From Mobula hypostoma (lineage: Eukaryota): a stretch of DNA of 64,000 nt. The DNA is taken from the NCBI RefSeq assembly GCF_963921235.1, contig NC_086108.1, positions 79,424,001 to 79,488,000 of the forward strand. Reading direction: 5' to 3'. The translations under genes were made by a program, and so were the position numbers. This document shows positions 62,473-64,000 of the stretch, piece after piece. The notes beneath the pieces were generated by a model. That model had not been told where the DNA came from, did no database searches, and saw only the letters and a list, made by a program, of their open reading frames with translations. Position 1 is the first letter of the stretch. Each line of letters opens with the position of its first letter.

Positions 62473-63564
62473 GTATTCCCAGATCCTGTGTGCAATGTTT
62501 ATCTGCTTCAGAATATGGGCAATTTGGCTTAGTTCTCATTATGCTTCATTTTAACTCCAGTGTCTTAAGGTGGTATAGGGTAGGCTGGCAAGAGTAATCT
62601 GGTTCTTTGGCTTTGCAGTCCTTGCAACTAATAATAGTCACTATACGTTGAAATGAAAGGCAACGAGGGTGTACTAATTGTGGAGTGTTAGTAGTAGCCT
62701 GGGTGGCCCTTGTGTTCTGTGCCAGAAATTTAGCAAATTGCATTAAACATGCATAACTTCTGAGTCTTGTATACCTAATTAAATTGTTGACAAAAAACAC
62801 AAATAATTGTTTGCATGCATTTTCCTTAGCTATCTGAAGGATCAACAGGGACATGCTGCTTTTATGACTTAAATAGAATTACTTTAAAGTACTGTATATC
62901 TTCAACTGGGCAGGAGTTTTCATATTTCCTGCATCTGGACTGAAATGAACTTTACTATTGAGCTGATTCAATGGTTGGATCCTTGGAAATGAACAGCAGC
63001 TTTATTGTAACACCTAGATTTATCTTTCTAGTAAATTTGGTATTTGAATGAATGATTTAAGACGTTTATGTATGCGTGTAAAGTTTAAATACTCGTGGAA
63101 GCTTATAGTTAAAAATTTTCATGAGCAGAACAGTGTAATGGTTTCATATGACCCCACAGCTTTATTCACAATATAATTTCAAGAGACTTAGCTCCCACAG
63201 GACGTGCTCCCCACAAAAAAAAACTAATGAAAGTATTGTTGAAGTTACTTGGAGTGGAAGTCTTTCATCCAGCCAAATTTTAATCAGACTCATGATTTCC
63301 TTCCAAATCAAGTGCAAGAAGTATTCATCACCTCATTCATATATGTGATGAAATTAAAGAAAAACTTCACTGTTTGAGCAATACCTTATGCTTCCAGTAC
63401 GCCATGATCAAGCACACTTATTATACAGTCGATAGAAATTCAATAAGATGTATCAACAAAATGTGAAATAAGCATAAATCTAGGTTTAAAGCTCAAGAAG
63501 AAATGTAGGAGTATAAGGTGAAAGTTTTTTTTAATTAACAGAAAATAAATCAGGTTAATAATGG

Positions 63565-64000
63565 TAAACACGCCAGATTCTGAAGATGCTGGAAGTCTTG
63601 AGCAACACCCAAAATACTAGGGGAGCTCAGTGGATCAGGCAGCATCTATGGAGGGGAAGCAATCAAAGTTTCAAGCCGAGACCACTCATCATGACTGAAA
63701 AGGAAGAGGGCAGCGTCCAGAGTAAGAACGTGGGTGAGGGAAAGGATTACAAACTGGCAGGTAATTCGTGAGACCAGGTGAAGGGGATGAACTAAGAAGC
63801 TGGGAGGGGATTGGCCAAAGAGGCAAAGGGCTGAAGAAGGATGAATCTAATAGGAGAGGGCGTAAACCATGGAAGAAAGGGAAGGAGGAGGGGAACCAGA
63901 GGGAATGATTGACAGGTGGGAATAGAAAGGATGAGAAGGTAACCAGAATAGGAAATGGAAAAAGAGAGAAGAAGGGAGGGAGGAGAAATTAATGGAAGTA
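63565..64000 (-). mobile_element. Penelope 3' region, running off the window end
   Basis: aaacacgccagattctgaagatgctgg terminus, degenerate hammerhead (reverse of cagtcatgatgagtggtctcggcttgaaac) and a purine tract. Confidence 0.85.

Noticed and set aside
6574..64000. CRISPR-like array from the recurring gctggaggaactcagc motif
   Set aside because: Copies are dispersed, in both orientations and irregularly spaced. They are Penelope termini, the context is eukaryotic, and there are no cas genes.

Overview
This is vertebrate non-coding genomic DNA (intron or intergenic), most likely from an elasmobranch (ray or shark). That assignment is inferred from the repeat repertoire: CR1 with (TCTATG)n/(CTTATGG)n tails, Rex1/Babar, HE1-like V-SINEs, a DeuSINE relic and very abundant Penelope ends. 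I recognise no host protein-coding exon. A large part of the window is nested transposable elements: CR1, Rex1/Babar, RTE, L1, L2, Penelope, Tc1, pogo/Tigger, several tRNA-SINEs and RTE-type non-autonomous elements. The only long ORF (30128-32170) is the reverse-transcriptase half of a young, 5'-truncated Tx1-clade LINE with one premature stop. Highlights: (1) a ~1 kb non-autonomous pogo/Tigger-like DNA transposon (50114-51090; 24-bp TIRs, TA duplication) that encloses an ITS2-28S rDNA junction fragment plus retroposon tails; (2) many Penelope 3' ends carrying a minimal type-I hammerhead ribozyme motif, often in fold-back palindromes or as ~130-bp mini-insertions that start at the ribozyme; (3) several distinct RTE-type non-autonomous elements, some sharing modules, one with a possible degenerate HDV-like pseudoknot. 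Family assignments come from recognising motifs by eye, and most boundaries are approximate unless a target-site duplication (TSD) or terminal inverted repeat (TIR) is quoted.
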